This document shows positions 12,301-25,059 of a stretch of 64,000 bases of DNA, piece after piece (position 1 is the stretch's first letter; every line of letters begins with the position of its first letter). The notes under the pieces are model-generated. The model did no database searches and was not told the DNA's origin. It worked only from the letters and a program-made list of their open reading frames with translations. The DNA comes from Vicugna vicugna (lineage: Eukaryota): the NCBI GenBank assembly GCA_013265495.1, contig MU058444.1, forward strand, positions 1,922,001 to 1,986,000, written 5' to 3'. Made by a program: the position numbers and the translations under genes.

Positions 12301-13810
12301 ATATTTCCCTGTGCTATACAGTATAATCTTGTTTATCTATTCTACAATTTTGAAATCCCAGTCAGATGGTATATTTCTTCTGTGAGTTTTGGCAGATTGT
12401 GTAGTTCAAGGTATTGATCCATTTAGGTTATCAAAATCGTGGGCATAGAGTTGTTCGTGGTTATTTCTTTATTATCCTTTTAACATCCATAGGATCCATA
12501 GTAATGTGCAATCTTTCATTACTGATATTGGCAATTTTTGTTGTCTCTTTTTTGGAGGCTTATCAATTTTATTGATCTTTTCAGAGCACCAGCCTTTGGC
12601 TTCATTGCTATTATTTGGGGAAAATACTGTTAAGTGTTAGATCATTTACAAACAAGAAAAATAAATTTTATAGTTTATTTTCATTTATTCCTTCTTCGAC
12701 ATTCTTTTTTGTATAGACCTGAGCTGCTAACCTACATCATTTTCTTTCTCTCTAAAGAACTTAACATTTCTTGCAAGGCAAGTCTACTGGCAATAAATTC
12801 CCTCAATTTTTGTTTGTCTGAAAAAGTCTTCATTTCTGCTTCACTTTTGAAGGATGACTTCACAGGGTACTGAATTCTAGGTTGGGGAAGGGTATCTCTC
12901 AACAATTTAAATATTTCACTCCAGTCTCTTCTTGCTTGCATGGTTTCTGAGGAGATGTCAGATGTCATTCTTATCTCCGCCACTCCATAGGTAAAGTGTT
13001 TTTCCCCTCTGGCTTCTTTCAGGATTTTCCCTTAATCTTCAATTTTCTGTAGTTTGAAAATAATATGCCTTATTGTAGGTTTGGGAGGTTTTGGCGGGGT
13101 TTGCAGGTTGGTTGGTTTGTTTCTGCATTTACCCTGCTTGGTATTCACTAACCTTCCTGGATCTGTGGTTTAGTGTCTGAGATTAATTTGGGGAAATTCT
13201 CAGTCATTACTGTTTCAAATATTATTTCTGCTCCTTTCCCTCTTTTTCTGGCATTTCCATTATGCATATACTATACTTTTTGTTGTTGTTCCACAATTCT
13301 TGGATATTCTGCTCTGTTTTATTTTCCAGTCTTTATTCTCTTTGTTGTTTGGTTTGGGCATCCTATCACTATAACCTCAAGCTCTGAGATTCTTTCCTCA
13401 ACTATGTCCAGTCTATTAAAAGCCCATTAAAGGTACTCTTCATTCTTCTTACAGTGTTATTTAATCTCTATCATTCCTTTATTTTTTCTTATAATTTTCA
13501 TCTCTCAGCTTACATTGCCCTTTGTTCCTACACACTGTCTACTTTATCCATTAGAGCTCTTAGTATGTTAATCATAGTTCTTTTAAATTCCTAGTGTGAT
13601 CATCCCAACATCTCTGCCTTATCTGAGGCTGGTTCTGATGCTTCTTCTGTCTCTTTAAATTAATGTCTTTTCATGTGTCTTGTCATTTTTTTCTTGATAG
13701 CCTAGCATGATGTACTGGGCGAAAGAAACTGTTGTAAATAGACCTTCAGTGATGTAGTAGTGAGGTATAGCAGAAAGGGATGCATTCTATAATCCTTTAA
13801 TTAAGTTTCA
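9390..13810 (-). mobile_element. Old L1 (L1MC/MD-like), fragmented ORF2 and 3' UTR
   Basis: ORF2-like minus-strand fragments (YRFSALPIKIP..KLTLKFTW..KNKVGGLTLSDFKTYCKATV; FSLRARIRQGCLL..LEVLANAVRQ) and an ORF1-like fragment (SSETMQARRDW..PRIQYPVKSSFKSEAEMKTFSDKQKLREF). Confidence 0.85.
12156..12361 (-). mobile_element. Young 5'-truncated L1 3' end nested in the older L1, with a perfect 18-bp TSD
   Basis: Poly-T start. TCAGATGGTATATTTCTT at 12138-12155 and 12362-12379. Confidence 0.88.
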
Positions 13811-16029
13811 GTGTTGTGTTTACTTGGATCACGATTCCTGCTGATATCTAATGCATAAGCTGCAGAAAATGTAATTAAAAAATAACAGGATCCATGTCAA
13901 AATAATGTCTGTTCTGACATCACTTTTCAAACCAGTCATGCTTCTCAATCTAGCATTATTTTTATTCTTTTCCCTATTAACTTCTTTGCTGTGGACAATT
14001 TTTTAAAGTGTGCATAACAATTTCTCTTACTTACCTATGAATGATACTAAATATATAAGATTTTACCCTATGTCTCTCAATTTGCTTCCATTCTTTGAAT
14101 GAATTCCTTCCTATTGATCTATTTCTAATTTTGTTTAAAAGTATGGCCTGGTCTTGATATGTACTATAAATGGCTTTTGTTGGAACTGAAAATTTTATTT
14201 TCCACCCCGGCTTTCCTCTAGCTCTGCTTTCAATTAAAGTTCAATTTCACTCCACTGTTGGCCATATTATGAGATGTACTATATAAAAATCTAATTTGCA
14301 TATACCGAAACATTAGAAGCACACCAGAGGCACTTTTTATTTATTTGAATCTAAAATGACTCCCTTAGCCCACATCTGGTAGAATCATGTAATGTTCTTT
14401 TTTTTTTTCTTATCCTCTGAAATTCTCCTGTGAGCTGTTAGCATTAGATTAAATCATCCTCAAAGGCTCTGAAAAGAACCTTATCAAAGAGTCAAACCTT
14501 TAGCATCATGCTTTGTTTTATTCACACATAAGAAGTCAATATTCACATGAACAATTTAGCTTTACTTATTTCTACAAGCACAATGGCCTATTTATACTTA
14601 CAAAAGTGAGAAGGACCAGTGATTTCTTGGAATTCTCTCTCGCACACACACACACACCCCCAAGGTCCTATATATATATCCTTCTTTGGTTATGACCCCT
14701 ATGGTTGCACAGAGCAAACTAATTTAACCAAGTGAAAATTCATGTAACCACAGAGTCCAAGGGCAGATTTTCAGGCGCTGATGGACCAAGGGGTCTAGCA
14801 ACATTGTTAACATTATCAGGCCTCAGTCTCAATCTTAATCTCTCTCTAGTTCACTCTTGCACAAGCATTTCCCTGCATGGGGTCAGGGTGGCCACCAGGA
14901 CCTTTGGCCTTACAGCCTGCCAGCCTTGTGACCACAGTGGGAAAGACCGTTTCTCCCTGAAAAGTTCCAACAAAAGTTCTGGATGGTGCTAATCAGGTGC
15001 TCATCCTTGAACCAACCCCTGTGGTGAAGGGGTGAACCTTGTCCATGGAACAAGTCAGGCCATGCATGTCTCCTGGCTCCAGGCTCACCCAAACACTTGG
15101 ACAAAGAGGGGAGGAGGGGTGTTTCCATGGGAAAAAAATCAAACTGATTGCCAGAAAATGGCACTGTACTGTGGGAAGTACACAAAATAAATATCTGCTA
15201 GAATCCCTAGATAGTTTGGAGAATCAAGCATCCCTCCAAACCAGATCTGACTCTCAGCCCTCTTACTCAACTTCTGTGCTTAAATAGACCACATGATTCA
15301 GTCCACTAATCAGGTCAGCGAAAAACCTTTGAAGACTTGCACTGTGTTGAAATATGGTGCCTCCAAGTATCTCTCTTTTCAAAGGGTAGGCTGTCATCAC
15401 ACATACCAACACGGTAGTCTACCATAGTCATCACAGTGATAAGCGGGTCAGCACCAATGAAAAAGAAGGGTTAATCATTCCAGTTCAAGTTAAAGCAACG
15501 TATTTATCTCATCCATCTTCCAGTAAGAAAAAAAAATTGTGAAGCCTAAACTCAATAGTACAAAGAGAATCGTAAGCAAGATGACAGCAAAAAGATCTTG
15601 GAAGCTGGAAAGCAGATGGACAAGACTTGTGAAAGGTGAAAATGAGGCCAGCAGTGAGTGTAGGATCTAGGAGCAAGTCAAATCAAAGCAGAATGGATGC
15701 AACCTCAGGGCTTGGAGTGGAGTGGCGTGGACGTGGGGATGAGGACAGAAGAATCTGATCAAAGTTAGGTGGAGAAATAGATAGACATCCAGACCTTCTT
15801 TCCAATCCAGAGTAGCCTAGGGGCTGGCTTATAGCACACAGATGGAAGACTGGAGGTGTCCTCTCTGGAGGGGTCCCCGAATACAGGGACACTAGGCGGG
15901 GCTGAAAAATGTGGTCCTTAGGAGAGCTCTTTACTGAAAGGAGAGTCTCCAGCACCTTTTCTCTCAAGACTTCTAAATTTTATATATATATATATTTATA
16001 TATATATATACATACACACACACATAACT

Positions 16030-16862
16030 TGTTGTCAGAGTCAGTTTACAATGTATCAATTTCTGGTGTACAGCATAATGCTTCAGTCATTTCTTTCACA
16101 AATGATAGATGCTGGAGAGGGTGTAGAGAAAAGGGAACCCTCTTACACTGTTAGTGGGAATGTAGTTTGGTGCAGCTTTTATGGAAAACAGTATGTAGAT
16201 TCCTCAAAGAACTAAAGATAAGACTTATCATTTGATCCAACAATCCCACTCCTGGGCATATATTCAAAATGATACACACACACCCCAATGTTCACAGCAG
16301 CACTATTTACAAAAGCCAAGATACCAGAGAAGCAGTCTAAATGTCCATTGACAGATGAATGGATAAAGATGTGGTATATATATATATATATATACACACA
16401 ACAGAATATTACTCAGCCACAAAAAAGAATGAAATAATGCCATTTGCAGCAACATGGATAGATCTAGATATGATCATAAAAAGTGAAGTTAAGTCAGAGA
16501 AAGACAAATACCATATGATATTACTTATATGTGAAATCTAAAAAAAATGACACAAATGAACTTATTTACAAAACAGAAAGATGCTCACAGACATAGAAAA
16601 CAAACTTATGGTTACCAAAGGGGAAGGTGGGGAGGGATATATTAGGAGTTTGGGATAAACAGGTACAAACTACTATATGTAAAATAGATAAACAACAAGG
16701 TCCTGCTGTAGAGCACAGGGAACTACATTCAGTATTTTGTAATAACTATAATGAAAAAGAGTATGAAAAAGAAAATATACATGTATAACTGAACCACTGT
16801 GCTGCACACCAGAAACTAACACACTGTAGACTGACTATACTTCAACCACAAAAAAAGTTTTA
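16030..16862 (+). mobile_element. L1 3' portion (16096-16862, +) abutting a short antisense L1 tail (16030-16095)
   Basis: ORF2 C-terminal text ([26 protein letters not shown]), 3' UTR and A tail. It is preceded by a (TA)n/(CA)n tract and a reverse-oriented L1 extreme 3' end. Confidence 0.85.
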
Positions 16863-19689
16863 AAAAGAATTTCTCTACCAAGCAAAACTTGAAATTCCAG
16901 AGTTCCACAGACTTCCTGAGGCCCATTTATGGAACCACTGGATACCCACATATCACAAGTTAAGAACTCTTACTTTGGAGGAAATAATAAATACACAGAC
17001 ACATGGAAGAGCTTCTCTGCTCACCCGAGGGGCATTCAAGGAACAGGCTGGGACTGCGGGCACCGGGGGCGCCATGACAGGTCACTCTCCCAACCAGATC
17101 TCAAGGAGAGCAAGACTCTGAACCTCTGAAATTATTTCCTGCCCTCACTGGTTCTGAGACCAGAGAGCAGTGCTCCTCTCCTGCACTCAGTAGTTCTCTT
17201 CGTTTCCAGGGTGAAGGAGAGCGAACCTCGGAGATCTCACTGCACCCACCCCATGTCCACAGGTTTCCTCCCCACTATCAATGCTGCGTGTAGTCAGAAA
17301 GTGTGTGTTTGTGGTTTCATCTTCTGGACCCAATGGCCAGAAAAGGTGAAAGAAACCCAAAAGAGATTTTTTTTCCCCATTAAAAATGATGACGGCCCCA
17401 TGGAATTTGGTACATGAATGTTTGCACTTAGCATAGAAAGTCTTCGAAATGCTACGAAGGCAAACCAGAATTGGCCAGGAAAGCATTTTTTCCAGATTTT
17501 TCAAGGGGGTCATTTTCAGGGGTCCATTTTAGATTTGCGAGGCATGCTAGAAAAGACACACACAGGAAAAAAAAAAAACCCACTATATTAAGAAGCATTA
17601 AGTTAAGTACTGGTTTAGAGTGGCTTTGAAACAACAAGTTTTCACATTGACTGGCTGTTGAATTAAGAGTTTACACCAATCACTCCTTTTACTGAGCTGT
17701 AATCCACAAACAGCCTGACGCCAAATTAAAAAGATGCCAAGTCACATTAGTTATCAAATACAGAAGATTTAAAGTGCTCTTTTTTGCATGCTGACAGGCA
17801 TCCCTACCTGAGAGCAAGAAATTAAGGAAGATTTTGCCAGATGCTCACACAACAGAAAAGAAACTCCATTTACTTTTCAGCCTTTCTAGAACCGATCAAT
17901 TGCAAAGCTACCCTGTCTGTCCCAATTTTTTTTTTTTGAAAAACATAAAAAGCTACTTCAGAAAGTACTGATTTTTACCATATTTGGGCCTGTATTCCAT
18001 TGAATTTCACTAAAGCCTTCTCAGTTTCTTTGCTCTTTCCAACAAAAGCCCTTGTAAACAGGAATATTCCGTGAAATTATTTTCACTATCAAGAAATGGC
18101 CCTTCCATGTTTTCCCACATTAAACAGAAACAAAGAATCCCAGAAGAATTAAAAACTAAGAAGAGTAAAATCCGAAAAAGAATATATTGATCGCATGCAA
18201 TGAATCATAGAGATGTGATAACAGACACCTCAAATCGTTTAGCACAGAAGTGGAGACCCCTCCAACGGCAGTTTAAGGAGCCGCACACCTGTAATCAGCA
18301 TGACCTCCAGAATGACAGCTCAGAACCCAGCCATGCCGCCTTGTCAGCCCGCCTCGCCAGCCCACGTGCCCTCAGTCAGAGGCAAAGCGGAAGCACACGT
18401 TTAATTCTATCAGTCATCTTTTAACTGACCTCCCTCAGTACTCAGAACCTGGTAATTGGCAAGTGGCTGTTTAACAGTATTTTTTTTAAAGTGGGCAATG
18501 GCAATTGGAAACATAAATGAAACCTTCCACTAATTCAGAAGAGTCCATTTGCACGATGTCATTAGCATTTTACCACCAAGGCTTCTTCTCTACTTGTTTA
18601 CTGGTTTGCTAACTGGAAGATGGATCAAGGCTGTCAAACCTTTCAGAGTTAGAACTCACTCCTGGATGGCCTCATCAGGACAGAAACTTACTTCAGCTCT
18701 GTAATCCCAGTCTTTTCGTGTCTTGCCTAGAGCCCCCATCCTTCAAATGTTTCAGGCTTCTTGTGGCTTCTGGACCCACACTCATCCACCTAGAAAAAAG
18801 TTAAGAACTCTATTTACCTTTCTTCTCTTCCAACAGCCTCCCCTTGATGGTCCTCTAAGGGCATAGCTGAAGTTCTTAGTTGCCCACACCAAACCCCAGT
18901 TTTATCTGGATCACCTGCTTCCTCCAAAGAGCCGAAGGCTTCACCAACCTTCCACGGCAGTCCCACCTCCTTGTTACTGATTGGTGTAGAAGTAGTTCTC
19001 TGATGCCCTTTTGACCTCTCACTTGCCAAGAGGTCTCCTGGGGGTTACCCGGGAAAGATACACTCTTCCAATACATACAGGAAAAAAGGACCCACAACCC
19101 TCTGGGTCATCCTGGAGCTGATACCTCGAATTGTCGTAGCCTCTCATTACCCTCCACAAAGGTAAGGCCAAGAGGGTCACTGAGAAGCAAATCAGAGCTT
19201 AACAAACAGCACCTGCAATCTGCCCGCCCTCAGGGCATCTTGTGATGGGAATGGATGAATCCCCGGTTGTTCAAGCCAGCTGGGTCGTGGTGCTCAGCTC
19301 CCTTCAGCAGACAGCAGCCGAACATAATCTGAGGGTAAATCTGGGGGACCTTTACCCAGAGGATATTCCTTCTTTGGTCTTTGTTCTTCATTAATATACT
19401 CAAAAATTCCACCCCCAGGGTATCATAAGCAGTTAAATAAACCACAGAGGAAAACATCTCTAGGTCAGAACACTCATAAAATTTCCCTTCGTATCATCTG
19501 AAATAGACCAGATTTTCAAAAGGAAAAAAAAAATCTCAATATGTATCACTGGGAAAAGCTGGGAAAGTAAGCTGTACTAATTACTAATGATGTAAAGTAG
19601 CCCCTCTATGGGGTGAGCTTGCAGGTAATAATATTTCATCTACACTTACATTCAAGTTGGGACTTAAAGGAAAAAAGTGAAAGTGCAAT

Positions 19690-19815
19690 GGGGAGAGCTT
19701 AGTGGCAGAGTGTATGCTTAGCATGCACGAGGTCCTGGGTTCGATCCCCAGTCCCTCCATTAAATAAACCTAATTACCTCCCCCCTCAAAAAATAAAAAA
19801 TACATTAAAAAAAAT
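19690..19815 (+). mobile_element. Camelid tRNA-Ala-derived SINE (Vic-1 type)
   Basis: agcttagtggcagagtgtatgcttagcatgcacgaggtcctgggttcgatccccagt, then aaataaacctaattacctccccc and an A-rich tail. Flanking repeat TTAAAGGAAAAAAG(G)TGA. Confidence 0.85.
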
Positions 19816-20819
19816 TTAAAGGAAAAAAGGTGACAACTTAAAAACATAAATAAAAGAGAACTATCCAGAAGTCACAGAATTAAGGATAAAGTAAGGAGGC
19901 ATACATTTAAAAAGAAAAAACAGCAAATATAACAAAAGGATACAGTCCTCCCCAACCAAGAGCGCTTCATACCGTTCGCTGGGGAGGCTTCATTTCTAAA
20001 TAAGTCGTATTGGAAAGTCACCAATGGAAAAGGGCAAACAACTGCTTAATGACCAGTTGTAGATCATTAGCATTAAAATCCACAACTCATACTTCTTCAA
20101 GTGGGCTCCTGAACATAGTGGGGGACTCTGCAGAGAGCTAGATCCCCCCAGCTTACACGGGCAACAGGCTCTTAAAAGGACGTAAACGTGGAGTCAGAGT
20201 GATGCCCAGGTGCCGTGGGCTTCAGCTCGTTGCTGGGATGACACAACCCATCCAGTGAGGAACAGAGGCCCAGCCAGCTCCCTGCCCTCCCCTGGAACAT
20301 CTGGGTGAGTCCCACGCTGCTTTCTTTCGAACAGACGGAACTGATTCTTTAAATGGAACTGACAGAGTCAAAGAAGGAGTCTAATGTGGTAAGAAGCTGT
20401 TCAGAGATTAGCGTTGGCTTTTGGTGGAAAAACAATGATGCCAAATTACAGACACATCTGCCACACACTCAGCAAACCATCAGAGGAAGCCAGACTTTCC
20501 TCCCATTTGGCTTCTTGGACCCTTTTCAATTTTCAAATAGAATATACTGTCCTAGTTATTCCCTACGTGCATTTTCTTTCAATAAACCCGGAACAAACTT
20601 AGAAGGCCTGACAGTGATTCCTAGAGGAACTCTCTTTATTTTTTTCCAACTACTTACCCAGCAGGGAGTCAGAGTCACACCCTCTATTTCTGTAGTGCTT
20701 TACGGCTTTCAAAATTCTTCAAAGGGCGTTCATCTGATAAACAACAAGCTTCAGCTCTTTAACGTCTCTGCGCAGAGCAACGCTGCGAAGCCAGGGCGTA
20801 CATTCTTGTCTGCTGTCCC

Positions 20820-20940
20820 GTTCATTCATTCATTCAGTAAACATTGCCTACGATGCTCCAGACACGGTTCTAAACCCTGGGAACACAGCAGTGGGAAAAG
20901 AAATAGACAAAACCCCTGACCCCCTGTCACTGACATCTTC
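20820..20940 (-). mobile_element. L2 3'-end remnant
   Basis: ttcattcattcattcagtaaacatt...ctgggaacacagcagtg...agacaaaacccctg is typical antisense L2 tail text. Confidence 0.6.
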
Positions 20941-23699
20941 ATCAACACAACATGACTGTTTTACATATTTCTGGTCAGTTACGGGCCCACGGATAGCAAA
21001 TGGCTTAGTTTTCCTCTGTGCTGCATTAAGTATGAAAGGGGGGTTAAATAATTTTTTGAAGGCACAAGACCCCAAAACTGATATATCGAGAAGGATGAGC
21101 TCTCAACAGTTTGGGGAAAGTTTATTAATTCATGAAGGAAAAAAAAAAATCCAGCTCCTTTGAAGTATTTCTCAAGTAGGAGAGCAGATTTCCCGTTCAT
21201 CATCAATCTGGCAGAGAACAAGGAACATCCCAGGACTTCTTACAGCCATTCATCACACATAGATTTGCAGCCCAGATTGCATTTGTCTTCACTTGAATAC
21301 GTACATCAACTCTTAGACATTAGTAAAATCATCTAAATTTTCTAGACTAAACCCACACACCACGCACACGTGCTCACATCTCGGAGAAGCAAAGTGAAGT
21401 TTGCTGTCAGCGTTCTGTAAGTTAATAATACGATATGCTTAAAACAGCACCTGGCAAAGAACAAGCATTCAAGAAATGTTACCTAGTATTATTATTTCAC
21501 TACATTTAAAGATGAGAAAACGGAAGTCCGGAGAGGGAACTTGCCCAAGGTGCAAAGCTGGCAGGTGACTGAAGAGGGACCTGGTCCTTCTGGGGCTACT
21601 CCTGTCCAGTCTGTCCTGCACACTGTGGAATCAGGTGGCCATATCATCTTAAGGAACAAGAATGGAGCAGGTAATCCAGCATCCATTAGTCATAAGCCTA
21701 ACCCCTTGCTCCTTTAGAAAGAGGACAATAGGGTTCTGGAAATATCAGACATAAGATCCTCCTTTTAGGGGAGAAGGGCCAAGGTCACGGTGACCAATGG
21801 GTCTGGGGAGGGTGACATTCTCCCCTGGGGAGCCAGGACAAGTCTAAGGGAAACGTTGGAGACAGACCTGCCAGCTTTGTGACTTGCCTGGGGATTTCAC
21901 TTTTTCTGAACCTCACCAGACAAATGTCCTGGGAATGAGACAAAAACAAGCAGACAAGGAGGAAACATCACAGCTATGAAACTCCTGATGTTTGGGAACC
22001 TCTTCACGCCCGGGTACTGGAAACCTGTCTCTGGAAGGTCTGTGGGAATGGGCACAGCTGGTGAGGGGGGAAGAGAAATAAGATGAAGCTTCAGGGGAAA
22101 ATCTGTCCTTCAGTTCCAATTGGTCATCTAAACATTTGATCTACGTTAGCCCTCTTCTCACCCTTCATATGGCTCCGTACTGCTAAACTTTTGTCAACAC
22201 TGCTGACCTTGCTCAAGCACCATTCTCCCAGATTCGCTTTAATTACTGAAACACTTACCCAGTGGAATAGAGGCATGGCTAGTTAGCATTTCTAATTTTT
22301 TAGACCTACCCTGCTGGAGAATAGAAGGGACCTTGAGGGGGATGCATTTTTTGTTTAAAGGCATCCATCCCTTCCGAGGCTCAGCGATAGGGAGTTCATA
22401 GGATCTCCAAGGACACAGACACTGTGCTACAACTGCCCACCATAAAGCCTACTGGGAGAGTGTCTTCCCTGTCTGCAGCTGGCTCTGGGGGTATTAGGAA
22501 GAAAGTACTCTAACTCCAGTCTGCTGCTTTTTTGGGGCTATCGGAACCTCTTCACCCTGGAGGGGCTGTCAGAGCCTGGAACCACCTCCTGGAATGGTCC
22601 CTGCAGAGTGAGAATCAAAGTTGCATCTGCATGTGTGGTCTGACCATTGTCGCCCTGTACGTTCAGTCTCTCATCTTCACCCTTGGTGGGGGGCTGCTAC
22701 AGCCCTCCAAACACTGAAGGCTCACCCCTCTCATGCTGCTGCTTGTAAGTGGTTTCGATTTGTCTGAAAGCTGGATACTAGATAAGTTCTGGCTTTAGTT
22801 ACAAAACCCAAAGGACGCTGGAGAGCCAGGCACGTGTGCCAAGCCACTCTGACCGTGATCATTGAGGACCTGGTTTGCAACTATAATCCTTACAGTTTTA
22901 GAAAGGAATGTCACTAAGAGGCCAGAAAGAATCATCTGGTGTCACATGTGGTAGATATATTGGTTAAAAAAAAAGTCTAATGATAAGAGAATTATGAACT
23001 CTTTGTGACTTAAAAGATGCAAAATCATCAAGCATCCTTCAGATGACAAAAAGCATATACAAAAGTTTAAGAGATTCTGTTGCCCTCTGTCTGTAAGTAC
23101 CCCCATGAGCCCAGGGAAGACTTTGGACCCTTGAGAGAACTGTGTCGAAGTGATAATCCTCCGGGGACAGGAGGTGACAGATGTACTGAACCCTCCTTGA
23201 GAACTGCTTTTCCTCCAGCAGCACCAAGTCACGGAAAAACGGAGCCGTGTGCCTTGGCAAAACCCCTTGACTCACGCTAGTCCTCAAGTTCAAAACAAGG
23301 TTAAGAGTCGCATAGTGCGCACCACCCATTACAGGCTATTTGTGGAAAAGCCTAATGTGTATTTTCCTTAAAGGACGAACATATGTTGAGGAGATGAAGT
23401 TGGCCATCTGCTGTTTAAAGGATCCACATCATAAACAAAGCGAGGAAGGGCAAAAGGACAGTTTCACAAACAAGTATTTGACTCAAGGGGAGACGTGCTG
23501 AGAGGACAGATGAAAATGATCTACGTGGAGCACTGAGTGAGGTCACGGCGCCCAAGGTGAAAGGAAAGTCCCGCCTGCTCCAGTGATGCGTTCACTTCCC
23601 TGCCGACCACAAACCTACCCAGTAAGCCATGAAATTGCATCTGGAGGCAAACTGTGGCCAATTCCAGGAAGATCATTTATCATTTTCAGGACTGGCTTT

Positions 23700-24177
23700 T
23701 AAAAATTAAAAATAGGAGAGACTCCCTGAAAAACTAGATACTTCATGGTGGGACGAGTTTCACTGGAAGAAGAAAGAAGCTGCATTTAACTTGCTAGTTA
23801 CAGAACTAGAGCTGACGTGAGGATCATCTAAAAGGACCTCCAAATATGTTAGCTGACCCCCTCCCCCGATGTTTGCAGACCCTGGCCTTCTGCACCCAGG
23901 GGCTACCCGGTGAGTGCCGTGAGGTGTTTCCGTGCCTTCCAGAAAGAATGACACCCAGTCAGATTACCTCTGCTTCCTGATGGCATCTTCCTTGAACCCG
24001 CACCAAAATCCCCCCACCAGCCCAAATCCCATCATAAGTGATTTCTAAACCCCCTTACTGAGATATCCCATCATGCCCCGTGGAGTGAAGCCGCCCTCGC
24101 TGGAAAGAACTGGTAAGTGCAAACTTTCTCCCACTGCAGGTGGATTTCTGGCCATCTCTGACCCGAGGGCACTAGCA
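23700..24177 (+). mobile_element. ERVL-type solo LTR (MER73/LTR53-like); left boundary uncertain
   Basis: The 3' part ccccttactgagatatccc...ccctcgctg...caggtggatttctggccatctctgacccgagggcactagCA resembles the recalled MER73-family U5 end. Confidence 0.45.
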
Positions 24178-24809
24178 ATGTAGTAACAGAGCAAAGTGCT
24201 GGTACCATCTTACAGTTCAAACGGAGGCAGGCCGCTCGCTCGCACTGTGTCCATTCGTATCACCCAAAAACCTAGCTAATATGGGAAGCCCAGCCAAAGT
24301 TCTGTTAAGATTTATCCTGAATCATTCTTTAAAACGGTATCAAAAATCTCTACTCAATGTATATTTGTAGCTTGTTTCCCTGTCTCTATATCTAAGGAGG
24401 ATTCTAGGTCATCCTTCCTCTCCCTGCACACGTTTCAGAGTAGGAGAGATGCTGACGGGTTTGTGGCTCAGCTCTGGGCCTTGGATGGTTCAATCCAGTC
24501 AGTGGTGAGAACCACAAAGCAAATGAGACTCATGGGAGGTGAAATCAACCCACGTGATCAAGAGCTGGGCTGGAAAATGGAGGCGGGAAGAGAGTCTGCA
24601 TCAGTGGGGTTTAGAAGGGCCAATTTTGGAGGTGACTTTGGAGTCAGGAAAGAGAAGACTTTGAAGCAGCTGCAGTTGTGGAGAACTCAGATGTGGATAT
24701 GACGAGGGAAATACAAGTTTAAAGAAACGTTCCTGTGTTTTTATAAAATACCCCCCCACCCTCTCTCCCGTTTGCTTTCTTAAAACAAAAATCAAAACAA
24801 CCTGGTCTT

Positions 24810-25050
24810 TCGGCGATATAGAGAACAAACTAGTGGTTACCAGTGGAGAGAAGGAAGGGGGAGGGGCAAAGAAGGGGGAGAGAGTTAACAGATGCAAACT
24901 ATTATGTATAAAATAAGCTACAAGGATGTATTACACAACACTGGGAAGCTAGGCAATATTTTATGATAACTATAAACGGAGTACAAAAGTTTGAATCACT
25001 AGATTGCACACTTGTAACATACAATACTGCTCAGCACTTCAAGAAAAAAG
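24810..25050 (+). mobile_element. L1 3' end
   Basis: atagagaacaaactagtggttaccagtggagagaagg...tataaaataagctacaaggatgta..., followed by an A-rich tail. Confidence 0.75.
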
Positions 25051-25059
25051 AAATTACAT

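Noticed and set aside
18811..19097. Minus-strand exon ending at donor AAG|GTAAAT (18817) splicing to the 18789 acceptor
   Set aside because: The intron would be only 28 nt, too short for splicing, and the ORFs show no homology I recognise.
20353..20919. 188-aa ATG-initiated ORF
   Set aside because: It has no recognisable homology or exon structure and its end runs into an L2 remnant. A chance ORF is likely; BLASTP or PhyloCSF would settle it.
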